Under the pieces are notes generated by a model. The model saw only the letters and a list, made by a program, of their open reading frames with translations. It was not told the DNA's origin and did not search any database. Of a stretch of 64,000 bases of DNA, positions 17,247-32,510 are shown piece after piece (position 1 is the stretch's first letter; every line of letters starts with the position of its first letter). Source of the stretch: the human T2T-CHM13v2.0 reference genome, Homo sapiens; NCBI RefSeq assembly GCF_009914755.1, contig NC_060932.1; one strand, written 5' to 3'. Both the position numbers and the translations under genes were made by a program.

Positions 17247-20200
17247 CCAAATGGAAAGAACTTTTTATGCTACAAAACCACCTCATTATGCCCATGCCTC
17301 GTCAGTCTAGAAAACCCCCAAGGTGTGTTTAATCAATGTTCTGTGAAAAGGAGAGAGTGGCTACCTATTCAAGAAACACTGGAGTTTTTAATGCACTTTC
17401 CATATTTTCCATGCTCTTCTCCAAGTAAAAACCTTAACACAGGAACATGATAGCATCCCTCTGAAAATCCTAAAAATTGTATGGACCCTCATGATTTAGT
17501 GTGATTTGAGCTAAAGGCAAGAAGACTCACTAATGAATCTCACAGAGTCCCTGCTACTCTGGGACTTAGATCTTAGCTGGTGGCTAGAAGAAGCCAAAAA
17601 CAATCACCTACACCGTAAAAAATCATTGCAACATGAATTCAAAATTCAAATGAATGGAGTCTTAGCACCATAAAGGATTTTTCTAATTTCAGATGAACCC
17701 GTTCAATGTGGCCCCCTCCAAAGTAACAGTGACAGCTCACGCTAATAATTTACAGTCTCTAAAGCACGTTCACAGCCATTTTATCTTATTTTGAAAATCT
17801 GTTGAGGGATGTTTCCTACCAAAACACCAAATCTTCCACATCTTGTGACCAGTAGCACCGATTCTCAGGCTGTGAAAAATAGGACAGTCACATCCGATCT
17901 CCAGCCTCACCGTGGTCCATCCCACTCTCCTCATTCATGATTCCTGGTATGTAGCGAGAAAGCCAAGGATGAGACAAATAGTTTTGGTTCAGGATTAAAG
18001 TCATGAGTTGTCTAGATATACTCCTTTTGTCAAAGGTGATTATAGCATAGATCTATTTAGGACAGAATCTTTGTTAAGAATATTTATGATTTACAGATGA
18101 CATTGGAAGAAAATCACACATTGATTTTGGTTTAGAAAGATGGTTTACAGAACACAGTAGTGTTCTGAGACTATGTGATTGAGCTAACCCATCCAAATGT
18201 CCAGTTCCTCCCTTTTCCTCTGCCCCTTCCTCTGGCCTGCCCCACTACATCCCTAGATTGCAGCAAACCTATCTGAAAACCCAGTTTCCCCTTTACCTGG
18301 TTCCTTCCTCCGATCCACTCCACCCTTTCTCTACCGCAACCCCCAAGCATATTTGAGATGACTCAGAGGCATTATGGTTTGGACTGAATTAAAATGATGG
18401 AAACATAAAGGAATTCTTACACTGCTTGTATCTAATGAATTTCCCTGGTGCAAATTCAATATTAAATGCAGATTGAAGCTAAAATGGTCCTTAAGGGAAT
18501 AACAGAAGTATATCGGATGTTAAAGGGACTTTTAATTAAAAGGAATAGCTGGCTGGGAAGCTTTTAATAAATATTTATTTTCAGTGGCTCAAAAAATAAG
18601 TCTCCCAGAGGAGGGCACCTACTACCTCTACTACCCTCTAAAATAAGAATTGTTTTTTATGCCAAAGTGTACATAGACATCTGTTCTGGAAACTTAACAG
18701 ACTAGGAAAAAAAACAAAATTATAGTAATCATTAGCTTGCTTATTTCTGAAAGATTTTATAATCACTCATGTGAAATATTTACCTAAATTACTTGGCATT
18801 CTATCATAGATGATGAGTGAACAAAATAATTACTTATATCTAAAGTAGCATTGAATTAGTCTGAGTTTTGCATCTAATGTCCCCGAAATGATTGATCACA
18901 GGTAAACAAATAAAAAGCCCCTCCCCCCATTGGTTGTTATTTTTCTAACTTCAGATTTATTGTGTCTTTTTGAGGCTGGGGTTTTAGTCTATGTTTTTTG
19001 GGGTAAAGCTTTGATAAATTAAAATACCTCCTCACATTTCATTTTCATTAGAAAAAATAACTCATACTGCATCTGAGAAAGCAGGATTCATAAAATAAAG
19101 AGTTTTCATGCTAAATATTAACATTGGCTCTGATTTATTTATGGATAAGAGACAGTACTGTGGCATTTTCAGCTCAGCCCCAGCCTTCCAGCCAGTTGTC
19201 ATGTCAGACCTCAGTCCATGCTAGGCCCAGGCAGTGATGGAGGGCTCAGTATCTGGAGGTCACCCCATTACTGTGAGTGACAGAGAACCACTGTGGACAA
19301 CTCAGGCAGGACGTGGTCAACAAAAGCATGATGTCAAGAAAATACTGTGGAAATCACCCAGCAATACAGAGAGTTGATGATTGGCATAGGGGTCCTCATG
19401 ACATAGGAGGTCCTAACATCAGGGGCTGAGACTCAGGAGCAGAATTCTGAGCCCAAGGAAGATGGCTTCAATCTAAGTGTAGTTGGAGAATCCAGAAAAA
19501 ATAAAAATAAAAACCACTAAGAAAACAGATAGGAAGCCAGGTCATGAAATGGTAGTACCACACTGTAATTCATTCACAGGAACCAAGTAATAATCCAGTT
19601 TATTAGAACCAATGTTCAAGGTTGGACTGAAACCAGTAGAAAGTTAGCTTAATGCTAAGTTGCCTCAATTGTTGGCTTGAATCAATGTCTTCTGACACTA
19701 GATCATTTTAGGGTTACTGGGAGACAGGCAGGATGATCATTTATCTTGCAAGTATCTTCCTAAAAATTACCCTGACTGGCCTGAATCATTAGCCCATATC
19801 TTCCATTTTATAAAAATCATGACAAATAGGTACTATAAGAGCAGATAATCCTGAGGGAAGTCAAAAGTAGCATTATAAATATCTCAAACATCAATAAATG
19901 GTTGTTATGGAGTATTATAAAAATGCAGTGAAGTCTTTCTGTTCATGTCAATGAGAGTTTGTTGAACACCTACTATCAACTAGAAGAAGTACAGGAGGAT
20001 TTGATGGCACAAACCAAACAATTTTGACCTCAGTGCCTCTTCTCTGTTCTCATTAGCAGTTTGTCCCAAACTCGACCAAACCAAAGTATATCTCTCCATG
20101 GCATAGACCCAATCCAGGGAGAAAGCAAAATGCAATTTTGCTTTGGGCTTGCATCACCTTTTTGTTAAATGAGATTAATGCTTGCTACCTGGAAACATTC

Positions 20201-21309
20201 ATTGAGAACCTACTACCCTAACATTACAATGAATTTTTGGAGTACAAAGATGAATACAGAATGGTTACTGTATTGAAACAGCTAACAGTTCAAGTGGGAA
20301 AACATACACGCAGAACATTAGAAACAAACATACCTGCCCCCATCAGGCACGCAACCTCCAGAGCAGTGTTTCATATAAGACAGTGCTTCCAACTTTGCAG
20401 GAAAAGAGTTGTTATAAGTTTCTCTATTATCAGATGTGACAAATTAACAAGTAGGGCCATGTAGATCCACAACAAGAAAGAGTATTTGAAGACCTAAACA
20501 ATTAATTTCAATATTAAAATTCAATAGTACAGGATAGCAATGTTCTAGTACAGTACCTATTGTCAAAGCAAAAGAGAGGTGCCTCCCATGAAATCATAAG
20601 TTGACTTTTGTTCATTTTCTTCTCTTTGTGGCAGCTTGTTCTCTCTGCAACTAATTTTTTCCATGGAAAACTATTAAGGTCATTGTGACATCCTGTGAAA
20701 AAGAAAAGAGAGAAATACACTGACAAAAATTCATAATCAAGTCAGATCAAAAGAACTCTTATATTACTTTTTTTTCCCTGTGATATTTTTCTTTAAAAAA
20801 ATCAAAAGAAAAGTAAAACCTAGATCTACAAGTTGTGACTTGATACCTACAAGTAAGGTATAGTTTGCGATTTGTGGTTCTTTGGTAGATTTTAAATGGT
20901 TTACTACAGAAATGCAAAAGCATTATTCTTTGACCATTAACATAACATGAAATAAAAGGATCTAAATTCATTTCATGTATCAAATATGTCACTCTTTTGA
21001 TGCACATACCATTGAACTCCAAAAGGTTATTGCAGTGAAGTCATTTGCGATGTTTCTAAAGGCCATTCCATTGTAAGGATAAAAAAATGAAGCAGTTATT
21101 TTCTAATTTACATTGATTCATGGGCAAGAAACTGTAACGTGCTGCTGGCCTTCAAAGATGAATATGTTGCAATCTTGTTTCTGGAAGAGCTTACAGTCAG
21201 AGGACACAACTATGAAATTCAAGGCACATCATAAAAAATGCTATAAAATATAATGCACATATTAATAATATAACAAAGTATGAAGGACCTACATTAGGCA
21301 AAAGCTATT

Positions 21310-21470
21310 TTCATCTCCTTTAGTCTTTACAATTCTAGGAAGTAAGTTATTTTTATTTTAGACATAAAGAAAAGTTACTTGGTGAGATGAAATAATTTTT
21401 CCTTGTTTTCTCAGTTAGGCAGTGGTAGAAATGAAATTCATGTGCATCTGATTGCAGGATCCATAATCTG
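21310..21470 (-). mobile_element. MIR fragment
   Basis: Degenerate antisense MIR (ttttagacataaagaaa...agtggtagaaatgaaattca). Confidence 0.5.
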
Positions 21471-22249
21471 TACTTTTTAGCAAAGAGTGTGGTCAAGAGG
21501 AGGGAGCATTAATTGAAGATGTAGAATAAGGGTGAACCTTAGCAGTAGCCGTTATGTCTTTCTCTCCCAGTTTCTTGCTGGAAAGGTGAAACTTACTTCT
21601 CTGTCCTCTCTCATTTTAGCACTTATTTTTCTTGCACCATCTCTTGCAGAACACAAGGGCTTAATAATTCAGCAGCCAGTGCGTTCAATGTGTTATATTA
21701 CGTTAGGCAGGCTAGAAAGCCTTACTCTGTATTGATCTGAAAAACAGTCATTGAAAAGCAGTGCTCTAACAGTGCAAAACAACAGAGCTGACAGTTGGTT
21801 CAAACAATGAGTACTTTTAGTGAGAGGAAAAAAGTCAGAACTTGCTTGACTTCTGTACAACCTCAAGACCTCACCTGTTAGGCTCAGAACTTGCCCTGAT
21901 AATATGTAGGAGTTAAAGTACTTACCTACCCTTAACTTCCTATCTGAAGGAAGGAAGAGATTTAAGTTCAATGTAAATTAACTCACTCATCACCAACAAA
22001 AGATACCCAATTGACGCTGAACCAACCAAGCTCTGAGTAGTAGCTTGTTTTGGAAAAGGGTAGAAGGGGGAGAAAGTTTCTGCTATTAGCATAAATACTA
22101 TGAAAGCTCACGGTATTTGGCCTTCTTTTCACAAAAGTAGAAATGTTTTATCCAGATGTTAAATTAGGGGCATTATATTAGGTCTGCCTCAGATCCTAAC
22201 ATGATTTGTGGGGAGCATATCCTTCTTTTTTCATCTCCACTAAATATTG

Positions 22250-23170
22250 CTTGATTCCATTATGCCTGATTCTGGCAGTCTGCATGTATAACAGATACCA
22301 AATCATTTGTCAAACCCCAACTCAGTAGTAACCCTTTCTATAAAGTCAGACTCGGTTCCTTCACTGGCATGAGACACACCTTTCTTTGTGTTAGAAACAT
22401 CAGAAACTACGACAGAAGGCTTCTGTCGTAGTTTTTTATGTATTGGTGTGTCTCCCTCTAAATTTAAGGTAGCCACAAACTCCTTGAATGAAAGGACCAT
22501 TAATCTGTCTTCTCTTTCCTTCACTTAACTCTTTACCTCCCCCAAACATCCTTCTTTGCATAGAAGAGAAGAGCCAGATTGGAATCCCTCAGCCTCCCAC
22601 CACCACACCTGCATCTTATCTCTGCTTGCCTCTCTTGTGCCCTGATAGAAACGAGGAGGTAAGCTTCCTTGCATCTAGGTCCAAACATTCTGCCTGGCTT
22701 TATTTTTGGTCATTGCCTCCTCCTGCCTTCTTATAACACCTAAACCACTGACTATCCCTCTTCTATTTTGCAGATTCGAGTTCTCTCTTCCAATAAATTC
22801 TTTGTCATTAGTTTCAACCCAGTTCCTCTCTCTGTTATTAAACTAAACAAAACAAAATCTTCCCTCAGCAGGCTCCTTAATCACCAGCTCCTCAGCCCTG
22901 TCTCTCTGGTCTTCTTTACAACATGAATTACTGAAAGTGTTGTCTACACTTATTGGTGCCATTTCTTAACCTTGACTTTCTGCTCAGCCTACCCCTCCCA
23001 TGAACTACTTCATCAAAACAAAGCTGTTCTCACGGAGGGTGTTACTGAGTTCCAGGACTCATCTGCACCTGAGACTATAGACCCTGGCCTTGACTCTGGG
23101 ACAGCATACTCTGTGCTTTCTCCTCTTCATAGTCTGTCTTCCTTGTAGACTCATCCTTCCCTACCTACTC
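22250..23170 (+). mobile_element. L2 fragments
   Basis: Pyrimidine-rich L2-like text, e.g. tgaaagtgttgtctacact. Confidence 0.5.
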
Positions 23171-23283
23171 ATTAGAATTTTTACCTTAAATGGTGGATAT
23201 TTTAAAAATGTATAAACTAGATGAAGGGCATCTAGCATTCAGCATATATTTGTGAACCCACCACCTATTAAAAACATATCTTG

Positions 23284-23664
<381 letters not shown>

Positions 23665-25663
23665 CTATTCTAAATTTTGTGTTCTTTATTCTTACACCAT
23701 TCTTTATAGGTTTACCACATGCTTTTATCCCTAAGTAATTGCTTAATTTAGCATGTTTTTCAAATTTTGTATAAATGGATTCACGTTGCAAGTAGTCTTT
23801 CTTAACTCGCTTTTTCACTCGAGTATGTTTCTAAATCTCATTCACGTTCTTATTTATAGCTGTAGTTTCTCTATCTTTACCTGTATATAGTAATTCTTAT
23901 GTCCATATGTATTTGAATGTGTCATCATTATGATTTATTTATTCATTCCGCTGTTGTTGAAAATTTTCCTGTTTCAAGTCATTTGCTAGTAAAAACAGCA
24001 ACTATGAACATTATCATACATGCCATCTCTTACAAATGTTCAAACATTTCTGTGGAACAGACTTTTGCTTGAAATTGTGAAACCATAAGGCAGAAGCATT
24101 TCTAAATTTGCCTGATATTTTAAAATTATTTTCCAAAGAATTTTAACAATTTATACTCCTACCATTAGAGAAGACGAGTTCTCTTGCTCTATAATCTTAC
24201 CAAACATGATATGGCCAGATATTTGTTTAAGTTTTACCAGTCAGATGAGTATAGAGTAGTATCTCATTAAGATCTTAATTTATACTTCCCTGCTAGAGTA
24301 CGTGATATGTCTTTACATTATATTTGCATTTTATTTTTGTTCATTGATTTTGCTAACACTGTCATTTATCTTCTATTCTTTTTGTTGTAATATAGGAACA
24401 ATCATATTATCTTTCAAAAATGGCAACTCTGTTTTCTATTGTCAATATTTACATCTTGTTTCTTTTTCTTGCATTCTTCCCGTGAGGACTTCCCGTATGT
24501 TGTTGAATAAATGTTGTAAAAATAGTCATCTTGTATTTTTTTCTCATATTAAAAAGAAATATTTCAACGTTTTGCCATTCAGTATGATGTTTTCTGTAAG
24601 GATTTTGCACTTACCATATATTAGCTTAAGAAATTTCTTTTATAGTTCTAGCTTGCTAAAATACTTTAAATCATGAATGGATGTTACATTATAACTAGTG
24701 ATTTTTCTGCATTTATTGAGATGAGTATATAATTTTGCTTTTTAACATATATGTGGTAAATATTACTACTATTAATTTATGTGTGGTAAAATTCACTTTT
24801 TTTGGTGTAGAGTTCTATGAGTTTTGACAAAGGCACACAGCCCTATACTCATCATTGCAATGAAGATACAGAACAGTTCCATCTCCCAAATATTCAGTAG
24901 TGCTACCCCTTTGCGGTCAATCCTAACCCCAACTCTTGCCCTTGGCAATCACTGACCTGTTTTTTTCTCTCTATAGTTTCACCTTTTCCAGAATGTCATA
25001 TAAATGGAATCATACAATATGCAGCTTTTGAGACAGGCTTTTTTCACTGGAAACTTGAGATTTGAGATTTAGCCATGTTATTGTGTTTATAAGTCCTCTG
25101 TTCCTTTTTATTGCTAAGTAGTATTCTATTGTGTGGATGTACCATTTGTCTATCCATTCACCAGTTAAAGGACATTTGGGTTGTTTCCAGGTTTGGGTAA
25201 TTTTGAATAAAAACCTCTGTAAATGTGTATGTGCAGGTTTGTATATAATTCTGTTTATTTCTCCTGTGTAAATACCAAGAAGTGGGATTTCTCAGTATGA
25301 GACTGTGGAACATTGTTCTATGTGTCCTTAATGCTTTGTTCATTTCAGCCCCCTCTCCAAGTCTTTTTTTGTCTTTGTTCTTCACATTGGATCATTTCTA
25401 TTGATCTGTCTTCAAGTTCACTGACTTCTCTATTATCACTATTCCACTATTGTCTAGCCATTTTTTTTAAATTTGAGATATTGTGTTTTTAAGTTTAATA
25501 TTTCCATTTAGTTCACTTTTTATTCCTCTGCTTTCATTCCTCTGCTAGGAATGTCAACCTTTTCATTTACTTAAATGTGTTTGCCTTTATCTTATATAGT
25601 ACAGTTATAATAGTCATTTTAATATTTTTGATAATTCTAACATCTGGGTTATCTTAGGGTTGA

Positions 25664-25962
<299 letters not shown>

Positions 25963-26209
25963 CATTTATTTTCTTTGCCCTTAAGAAGTGGCCACATTTT
26001 CCTGGTTCTTGAATGTCATGTAACTTTAGATCATATCCTAGACACTGTGTACTGGTCCTGTTATTATCCTCTGAAGTACACATGTTCTCATTATTATACA
26101 AACATGCCATTTTCCTCTGACCACGAAGTTTTGCTCAGTGCTCTATTGACCTAATGCCTTTCCCTTTATCTCTTCATTTCTACTTATGGCTTAACTCACT
26201 GTAGGGGAA

Positions 26210-26420
26210 AACTATCATTTATTAAGTTCCTGATATGCATTTGATTTTGTGTTAGAATGCAGTGTTCCAATTAAGGGATATGTGTATGTCTAATTTCTGT
26301 AGGAAGAGGCTGAGACTAGGGGACAGGAAATAACTTTTCCAAGATCACATAGATATTAAGAGTCAGCACCAGGTTTCAAACTCAGCAAACTCTGATTCAA
26401 AAATCCATTCCTTTACCACT
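26210..26420 (-). mobile_element. MIR fragment
   Basis: taacttttccaagatcacatag...ccaggtttcaaactcag. Confidence 0.6.
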
Positions 26421-27824
26421 ACCTCTCCCAACTTCATGAAACCTTCCCTTCCCATATCAAACTTTAAAATAACTTTGCCTCCTATACAAATATTTTACCA
26501 CCTTTCTCATCACATAATTCTACAGGGTCACTGATTGTTTAATGTATATCTAATTCATTCAGTAAGAATTAAGGATCCTTGACAGTCAAAACTGAGTCTT
26601 CTATTTCTTTTACATACCTTTCAAAAGATGGACCATGTATTTTATGTGCCACAAAATTTATGTGCCACAAAGTAGATGTTAAGTAAATGCATATCAAAGA
26701 GATTTTAAAAAATAAATAAAAACCTAGTTAAAGGGTAAAATATGAGGCGTAATTTTAGCACAAAGAATAGACCATTTGGAAGATGTTAGTGTTGCTGTGC
26801 TATAATCAGAAAACAAAAATGGAGAAGAAACTGTTTTAATTAACCCTCCTATACATTTGCCTATAGATGTATTCTGAGCTTAATGGATTGGGCTTAATTA
26901 TCTATACTGCACTAACCTTTGAATGGGCGTCAGGGCTTTCTCACCTCAGGGATTTCTTCCACTCATCTCTTGAATTTCCAAGCAGGGGGGCAGAAAGATG
27001 AGTTGTGACCCCAAATCTTCCACTGATTTACTGTATTGGCATGAGCAAATAATTTACCCTGCGGGGTCTTCAGTTAATTTTAAAACTAAAATGAGGAAAA
27101 CAACTCTTAAATGTCTCCTTTGAATTTGAATGTAAATAAAATATGCTAAACCTAAAGAGCTTTGAAGACTTCTAAGAAAAGCTTTACATAAGCTTCCTTT
27201 ATTTCTATTTTAAATATTATTTTTTCTTTCCTAAATAATTTTAAGAAGATTCAAGAAGAGGTGACAAGATGTCAAGATATGGCTCACTCCCCCATCATTG
27301 TTAGACATAATTTCCTGTCTTCCTGGCCCCAAATGTTATCACTGTGAGGAACAATTGTTTAAAAATTGTCTATGTAAGAGACACTATACAAATGGATTCT
27401 ATGGGGAAATTTTTACAAAAGAATAAGACCTGGTAATTCCTCTCTAAGAAATTGATATATAGTTGAGGAGATAAAACTTGTTCAGACAGAAAGGAAACTG
27501 TTATATAAGGTGGAATATAAATTTCAAATCAGTAGCATAAATGTGCCAGGGTTTATGCAATAGAGATAAGGATGAAGTATGGATTAAGCCAATTGTTTAG
27601 CCTGTGATTTTGAATGCCAAACCGAAGAATGTGGGCTTGATCCTGTAGACAACAGAGGCACTGAGGACTTCTGAATTGCGAATGACCTGATAATGAGGGG
27701 TATTTTGGAAGATAAATACAGAGGAAAGAATACCGGAGACAGGCAGACCTGTTAGTATACTGCAATTGTTCAGGCAAAAAAATCATATACACCTGGGTGG
27801 GGATGTTGGCGATTGTAATAATCA

Positions 27825-27970
27825 CCATTTGTTTAATGCCTACTATGCCAGGCCCTGTCATGAGTGCTTGACATAAATTCTAGTTCTCACAATAACCAGG
27901 CATGATCAGTGTTGTTGTTTTATCTTGCAGATGAAGAGTTTCAAAGTGCTTATGTGATTTGTTTAACGAG
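27825..27970 (-). mobile_element. MIR fragment
   Basis: cctactatgccaggccctgt...ttgcagatgaaga. Confidence 0.6.
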
Positions 27971-28029
27971 ATTATAAATTAAGTCTCTCTGGTTTGTAAG
28001 ATATACTACACAATATTCCCCTCAACTGA

Positions 28030-28345
28030 TTTTTTTTCCTTTTTTTTTTTTTTTTTTTTTTGGAAACAGAGTTTTGCTCTGTCACCCAGGTTGGAGTGCA
28101 GTGGCCCAATCTCGGCTCACTGCAACCTCCACCTCCTGGACTCAAGTGATCCTCCCACCTCAGCCTCCTGAGTAGCTGGGACTACAGGCGTGCACCACTG
28201 TGCCTGGATAATTTTTGTACTTTTTATGGAGATGAGGCTTCACCATGTTGCCCAAGCTGGTTTCAAACTCCTTGGCTCAAGCGATCTGCTCACCTCGGCC
28301 TCCCAAAGTGCTGAGATTACAGGTGTGAGCCACCACATCCAGCCT
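28030..28345 (-). mobile_element. AluJ
   Basis: Poly-T then antisense Alu (ctcaagtgatcctcccacctcagcc); flanking repeat caactg. Confidence 0.9.
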
Positions 28346-29568
28346 ACAACTGGTTTAAAAGTTGTGAAAGTTAGGCGGATTTGAGTTATGAGCTTAGGCA
28401 GCAAGATTATATTTGAGTTTTTATGCCTAATTAATTTGACTTTTCAAGGAGAAGACGGCCTAAAGAAGCCAGAAAATAAATGTGGCCAGTGGTCAAATGT
28501 GGGATCACAAGATGATTTTGAGGGACAATGAGGAAACCTCTCTCCCTTGCTTCTTTATGCTTGAAGTCATCTTATTCGAGAAAAAGACCTCGGAGGCTGG
28601 TAGCCTCAAGAGCAGAAACACAATCACTTAAGATCGTTGCAAGGCGTTTATGAAACATGTCAGATCATTCCAAATGCTTTTGTCTAGCTTGTCCAGAAAT
28701 CAAAGCATAAGGTCAGTAGGCACCTAAATGAGAGGAACAGGGAAATCATTAGCTTCATAATCATTGTAAACAATTTATAATCATTAACATTACCTCACAA
28801 TTTGGTTAGAAGTGACCTTTTAAAGTCAGGGCACTTTTATTGAAGTCGCTAGGTTTTCTCCCCCATTTAGAAAAATAAAATGTTTATAATATATGCTCAA
28901 AATTCATCTCTTCCTTTGAAGAAAGCCAAAAAAAAAAAAACTTTTTGTTTGGATGGCATCTTTTATGCTATCCCCAAATCAAGAGTGTGAAGGAAAGTAG
29001 GTGCTCATAAAGTACACAAACTACTCAAATACCCTGTTTAAGGCAGTTTCTCTTTCAATTTCTAACCATATCATTTATTCATTGCTGGAGATGGCACAGA
29101 GGTCAAACTAGAGTTAAAATAAGCCTAATGCATAATAATTCTAATTATTATAGTTCTAAATTGCTTCAAGGTTGTATTTTGCTGGAGCCATACTTGAATG
29201 AGACCTTGCAATCAAATAGTATTTGTGTCTTTTAATACATATAAGTATAGCATGTCTTTTCAGTGATTGTCTTAATGTTAATTAACATTCTTTGGTCATA
29301 AAGAACCATATTTGACAGAAGAATTTAGCAAAATATCTGGGTAAAAAGAAATGTTCTCTAGAATAGCTTTGACTTTTGTGACATTTTACATGGAGAAAAA
29401 TAAAGTCTGTCCAACCTTTCAACCAGAACAAATAAGATGCTAGTTGCCAAATTCACATGGATAACTCTAGCAGCAAAAAATTAGATACAGCTTTGTGATA
29501 AAAATGCTAGTATCTAGTGGTGATGATGTCAACCAAATCTTAGAAAAGTTCACATTCTTATGGTTATT

Positions 29569-29812
29569 TGTATTAGTCTTTTCCAACACTGCTATGAAAA
29601 AATACCCGAGACTGCATAATTTATAAAGAAAGAGGGGAAATGCCAGATGCTTATAAAACCATCAGATCTCATGAGACTCACTCACTATCAAGAGAACAGC
29701 ATGGGGGAAACCACCCTCATGATCCGATTACCTCCACCTGGTCCTGCCCTTGACACGTGGAGGTTACAATTCAAGATGAGATTTTGGGTGGGGACTCAGT
29801 CAAACCATATCA
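29569..29812 (-). mobile_element. THE1 solo LTR with internal deletion
   Basis: tgtattagtc...caaaccatatca, only 244 bp; near-TSD ttatt/ctatt. Confidence 0.88.
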
Positions 29813-29999
29813 CTATTGATTGAATTTTTCATATGTGGGCTTCAAGTTAAAGGCCCATACATAATATTACTGAAACAGTACATGGTGAATAAGGAAGAGG
29901 CAGCCCCTGTCTTCAGGTAGTCCACCTTCACCAAAACATAACATCAGTGTCCCAAACATGAGATACCATGCAAGTGCTATATAATTATTCCTAATGGAT

Positions 30000-30650
30000 C
30001 ATTGTCTTGAGATGCATCTCCTCACTCCCCACATCCTGTCCTTTGGAAAGTGTGGTCACTTTGACCTTCTGAAGGCCTTCAGCCCATCTAATTCCTTTCA
30101 ACCTCACTACCATGACCTCTTACTTGAAGAGCACAACAGCTTCACCTGTGTTTCCTGCAATCCAATCTCCTCAGAGTAGCAATTAGATGGGTTCACATTG
30201 CACAGAGAGCAGAGCCCAGCCCCTGGCTCCCTCCAGTTTCAATTGCTGTCGCTCATAGTGATGCCACCGCATGACCTTTTTTCTAGTCTTTGAATGTGCC
30301 TCACTCAACCCAGATTTAGCCCCTTGTGCTTGCACTGCCTGCAGCTCCCTTCCCTGAATCTTCACAGGGTTGGCAGTGCCATTTCTTTCGGATCTCAGCT
30401 TTACTACCCCCTCCTCAGAGAACCTGTCCTTAACTACCCAATCTAATTTACCACCAACACCCACCATGTTTTCTTTTCTTCATAGAAATTATCAATTATC
30501 TTGTTGGTGTGTTTGCTCATGGTCTCTCCTCCACTACCTCGCAGACACCCTGGCACAAGGGTCCCTGATTCTCTTGTCCACTGCTCTGTCTCCAGTGCCT
30601 AGATCAGTTCCTGGAACAAGGTGGCCCCTCAGTGAATATGCATTGAATCT
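30000..30650 (+). mobile_element. L2 3' fragment
   Basis: tctccagtgcctagatcagttcctggaacaaggtggcccctcagtgaatatgcattgaat resembles the L2 3' end. Confidence 0.65.
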
Positions 30651-30846
30651 TCATAACAATCCTGATTTAATAGTGTTGTGTTTTCTTTTCAACCGTGAAA
30701 CTTGAGTTCCTAAATCTCATGCCCCTGCCCCTGCCCCAGGATAGTAGAACTCAGAGTTGATATATTTAAATTTTGTGAAGAAAAATAGAATGAGGAAAAA
30801 GTTGAGAAAAAGGGAGACTACAGTTCCAAATTAGCCTATAGAGTCT

Positions 30847-31073
30847 TAAGCTTGTTTAACCCAATGCCCACAGCTGCATGTAGCCCAGGACGGCTCTGCA
30901 TTGCTGCCCAACACAAATTCGTAAACTTTCTTCAAACATGAGATTTTTTTTTTTGCACTTTTTTTTTTTTAGCTCATCAGGTATCGTCAGTGTTAGTATA
31001 TTTCATGTAAGGCCCACAACAATTTTTCTTCTTCCAATGTGGCCCAGGGAAGCCAAAAGATTGAACACCCCTG
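30847..31073. mobile_element. MER30 hAT-Charlie DNA transposon
   Basis: gcccaacacaaattcgtaaactttc...gtggcccagggaagccaaaagattgaacacccctg. Confidence 0.9.
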
Positions 31074-31424
31074 GTCTACATAAATATTCTACATGGACTA
31101 AGTTTCAGCAATAAAAGTAATACACTAAATAAAAGGGAACATAATCACATTTAACATGTCTTAACTTAGTAATTAGAGATTCTAAATACCTAGTTCTTGT
31201 TTACTGGCGTGTACTTCCTAGGCTTTCTGTAGGAACTCCTTCCCTTGTTCCTTCTCTAAAATGTATTGAGGTTTCCAAGTTCCATATGTTATAAGGCTTT
31301 GTTTAATCCACTCATGCAAATAAATCCTATTGTTTTATCATCAAGAAGTATACAAGAACATTGCTGTGTGTTTCCCTGTCTATGCCCACTTTCGACTACC
31401 AAAAGCACAATCACCCCAGTACAT

Positions 31425-31635
31425 GAGGCAGCATGATGTAATGGAAGATACTAGGCATAGAGGTTTGGTTTAAATATGAGTCTACCACTCTCTTGTTTTC
31501 ATTTAATCTCTCCAAGCTTCAGGCTCCATATGGAAAATAAGAATAATAACTAATTCTCAGGGTTAATTCTAGGATTATGTGAACAAATATATATAAAGGG
31601 ACTTTATGAATTGGGTGTGGTTATAAATATAAGGA
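31425..31635 (+). mobile_element. MIR fragment
   Basis: gaggcagcatgatgtaatggaaga...atttaatctctccaagcttcag. Confidence 0.55.
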
Positions 31636-31769
31636 GTGTCATCATCATCAGTATTATCGTCAGCAGCAGCACTATCACCATCACCATATTTGAGCTGGAT
31701 CAGACATTACTGGTGATTTTTAATTGACATATAATATTTATCTTCTACCAGAACCAGTCTCAAAAACCA

Positions 31770-32030
31770 ATAAGGCAGTGTAGGTAAGCAGTTAAAAGCA
31801 TGGGCATGATAATCAAACCTACTTGAGTCTAAAGCCCAGCTGTGCCACTTACTAGGTAGGGGACTTCTCTCCAGTGACCCAATCTCACTAAGACTCAGTT
31901 TCCTCACCTGAAAAATTAGAAAAATAAAATTATCTCTACCCCAGTAGCAAGAAATGTGGATTAAATGAAAAAATGCCCAGAAGGGAGTAATATATCTGAC
32001 ACATGGTAAGCAATCAATTATCACTTGTGT
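31770..32030 (+). mobile_element. MIR SINE
   Basis: ctcagtttcctcacctgaaaaat core, ending ctgacacatggtaagcaatcaat. Confidence 0.8.
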
Positions 32031-32510
32031 AAGTAGTGAATTCCCACAGAGTAAAAAATGGAAAAAACATGCTGTTTTATTAAAAAAAAATACATTGTTG
32101 TCCAGAGTAAATTAATTATCTTTAAATCCTCTTAATGTCATGGATTTGAAGGGTTGCTTCTTCTACCCAAAACAACTGAATTCAGCAGTAATGAAGTTAT
32201 GCTCACTTGCAGCTTTCTACTGAAATCCTAAACTTCCTGGAATCTTCACCTACATATCCCCAAGTCATCCACATCCAAGCACCTTCCATGAGTCTCCATG
32301 ATAAGGCTCATTCCCTTCCTCCCCAGAAGTCGTGAGTGTTCATGGCATGAAGTACTTCTTCCCTCAGAAACTCACCAATCTTGCTGACCAGGACAAGATG
32401 GCAAGAGTGGGGAAAGGACTGCAGTATTGGCTCACATGTGACTGGCTACAATGATCTGCATTTTGTACAAGTTGTGAGTCCATGGAATCATTTGCTTGCT
32501 GTACAATCTT

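Noticed and set aside
19190-19560. Possible ancient LTR-like segment
   Set aside because: Could not assign a family or termini from the sequence alone.
26641-26671. 16-bp tandem duplication tttatgtgccacaaaa
   Set aside because: Common slippage duplication; two units only, not an array or CRISPR.
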